Part shown: positions 63,741-64,000 of the stretch, piece by piece
Position numbering within the stretch: the stretch's first letter is position 1
How the letters are laid out: each line of letters opens with the position of its first letter
DNA from: Lama guanicoe
Taxonomy: Eukaryota
NCBI GenBank assembly: GCA_013239625.1
Contig: MU053304.1
Location: 1,550,001-1,614,000, forward strand
Direction of reading: 5' to 3'
Length of the DNA: 64,000 nucleotides
Notes under the pieces: model-generated
The model's input: the letters and a program-made list of their open reading frames with translations, nothing else
Told to the model about the DNA's origin: nothing
Databases searched by the model: none
Position numbers and translations under genes: made by a program

Positions 63741-64000
63741 AAAGAATATACAACAGAGACCATATATGGCCCACAAAGCCTACAATATTTCCCATTTGGC
63801 ACTTTACAGAAAAAGTTCACCAAACTACGGGCATCACCATTTGCAAAAGAATCTGGAAATCAATTATAGTATTAATCAATTCATATTAACAGTTTGCAAA
63901 AATTGAGTTCACCCTGTTGAGACACTGGGTGCCCTATACATTTCGCTTTACTTTTCTCATATCAACCTATAACTGTTAGGATGCTTTTGGCTACACTGAA

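Larger units (their letters stand above)
62913..63830. mobile_element. MER58-like hAT-Charlie element interrupted by an L1 and a SINE
   Basis: Left end caggggttggcaaact; right part tggcccacaaagcctacaatattt...tttacagaaaaagtt. Confidence 0.8.

Noticed and set aside
43112..64000. FBXO36 exon 1 and shared TRIP12 promoter
   Set aside because: No matching peptide or CpG island seen; likely beyond the window.
1..64000. CRISPR arrays, operons or prokaryotic defence systems
   Set aside because: The sequence is mammalian intronic and intergenic DNA, with no repeat-spacer array or dense coding region.

Overview
This is mammalian genomic DNA, not prokaryotic. About 14 copies of a tRNA-derived SINE resembling camelid Vic-1, cetartiodactyl-type L1 3' ends, and no recognisable Alu, Bov-A or PRE1 point to a camelid (alpaca, llama or camel; inference). 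The only protein-coding gene I can support is FBXO36 on the minus strand. Its coding exons 2 (43003-43111), 3 (24649-24821) and 4 (11071-11259) have GT-AG junctions and an intact frame, followed by a short 3' UTR with AATAAA at 10780-10785. I did not find exon 1, which probably lies beyond 64000. None of the ORF-track entries is a real stand-alone gene. The rest is intronic or intergenic and rich in transposon fossils: a Charlie1-type hAT transposase, an ERV-L pol-dUTPase relic, two ERV1-type solo LTRs with exact 4-bp TSDs, MLT1 LTRs, L1, L2, MIR, Tigger/Tc2/MER58 elements and a U6 retrocopy. I do not see a convincing new biological system. The most interesting leads are a potential recursive-splicing site at FBXO36 exon 2, a U6-L1 chimera, an L1 with an apparent 3' transduction, an L1-retroposed polyadenylated ERV-LTR fragment, repeated use of one insertion site, a 27-nt duplicated snippet, and candidate CTCF and ARE motifs. 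Repeat family names come from remembered consensus sequences and need Dfam/RepeatMasker confirmation; boundaries without TSDs are approximate.
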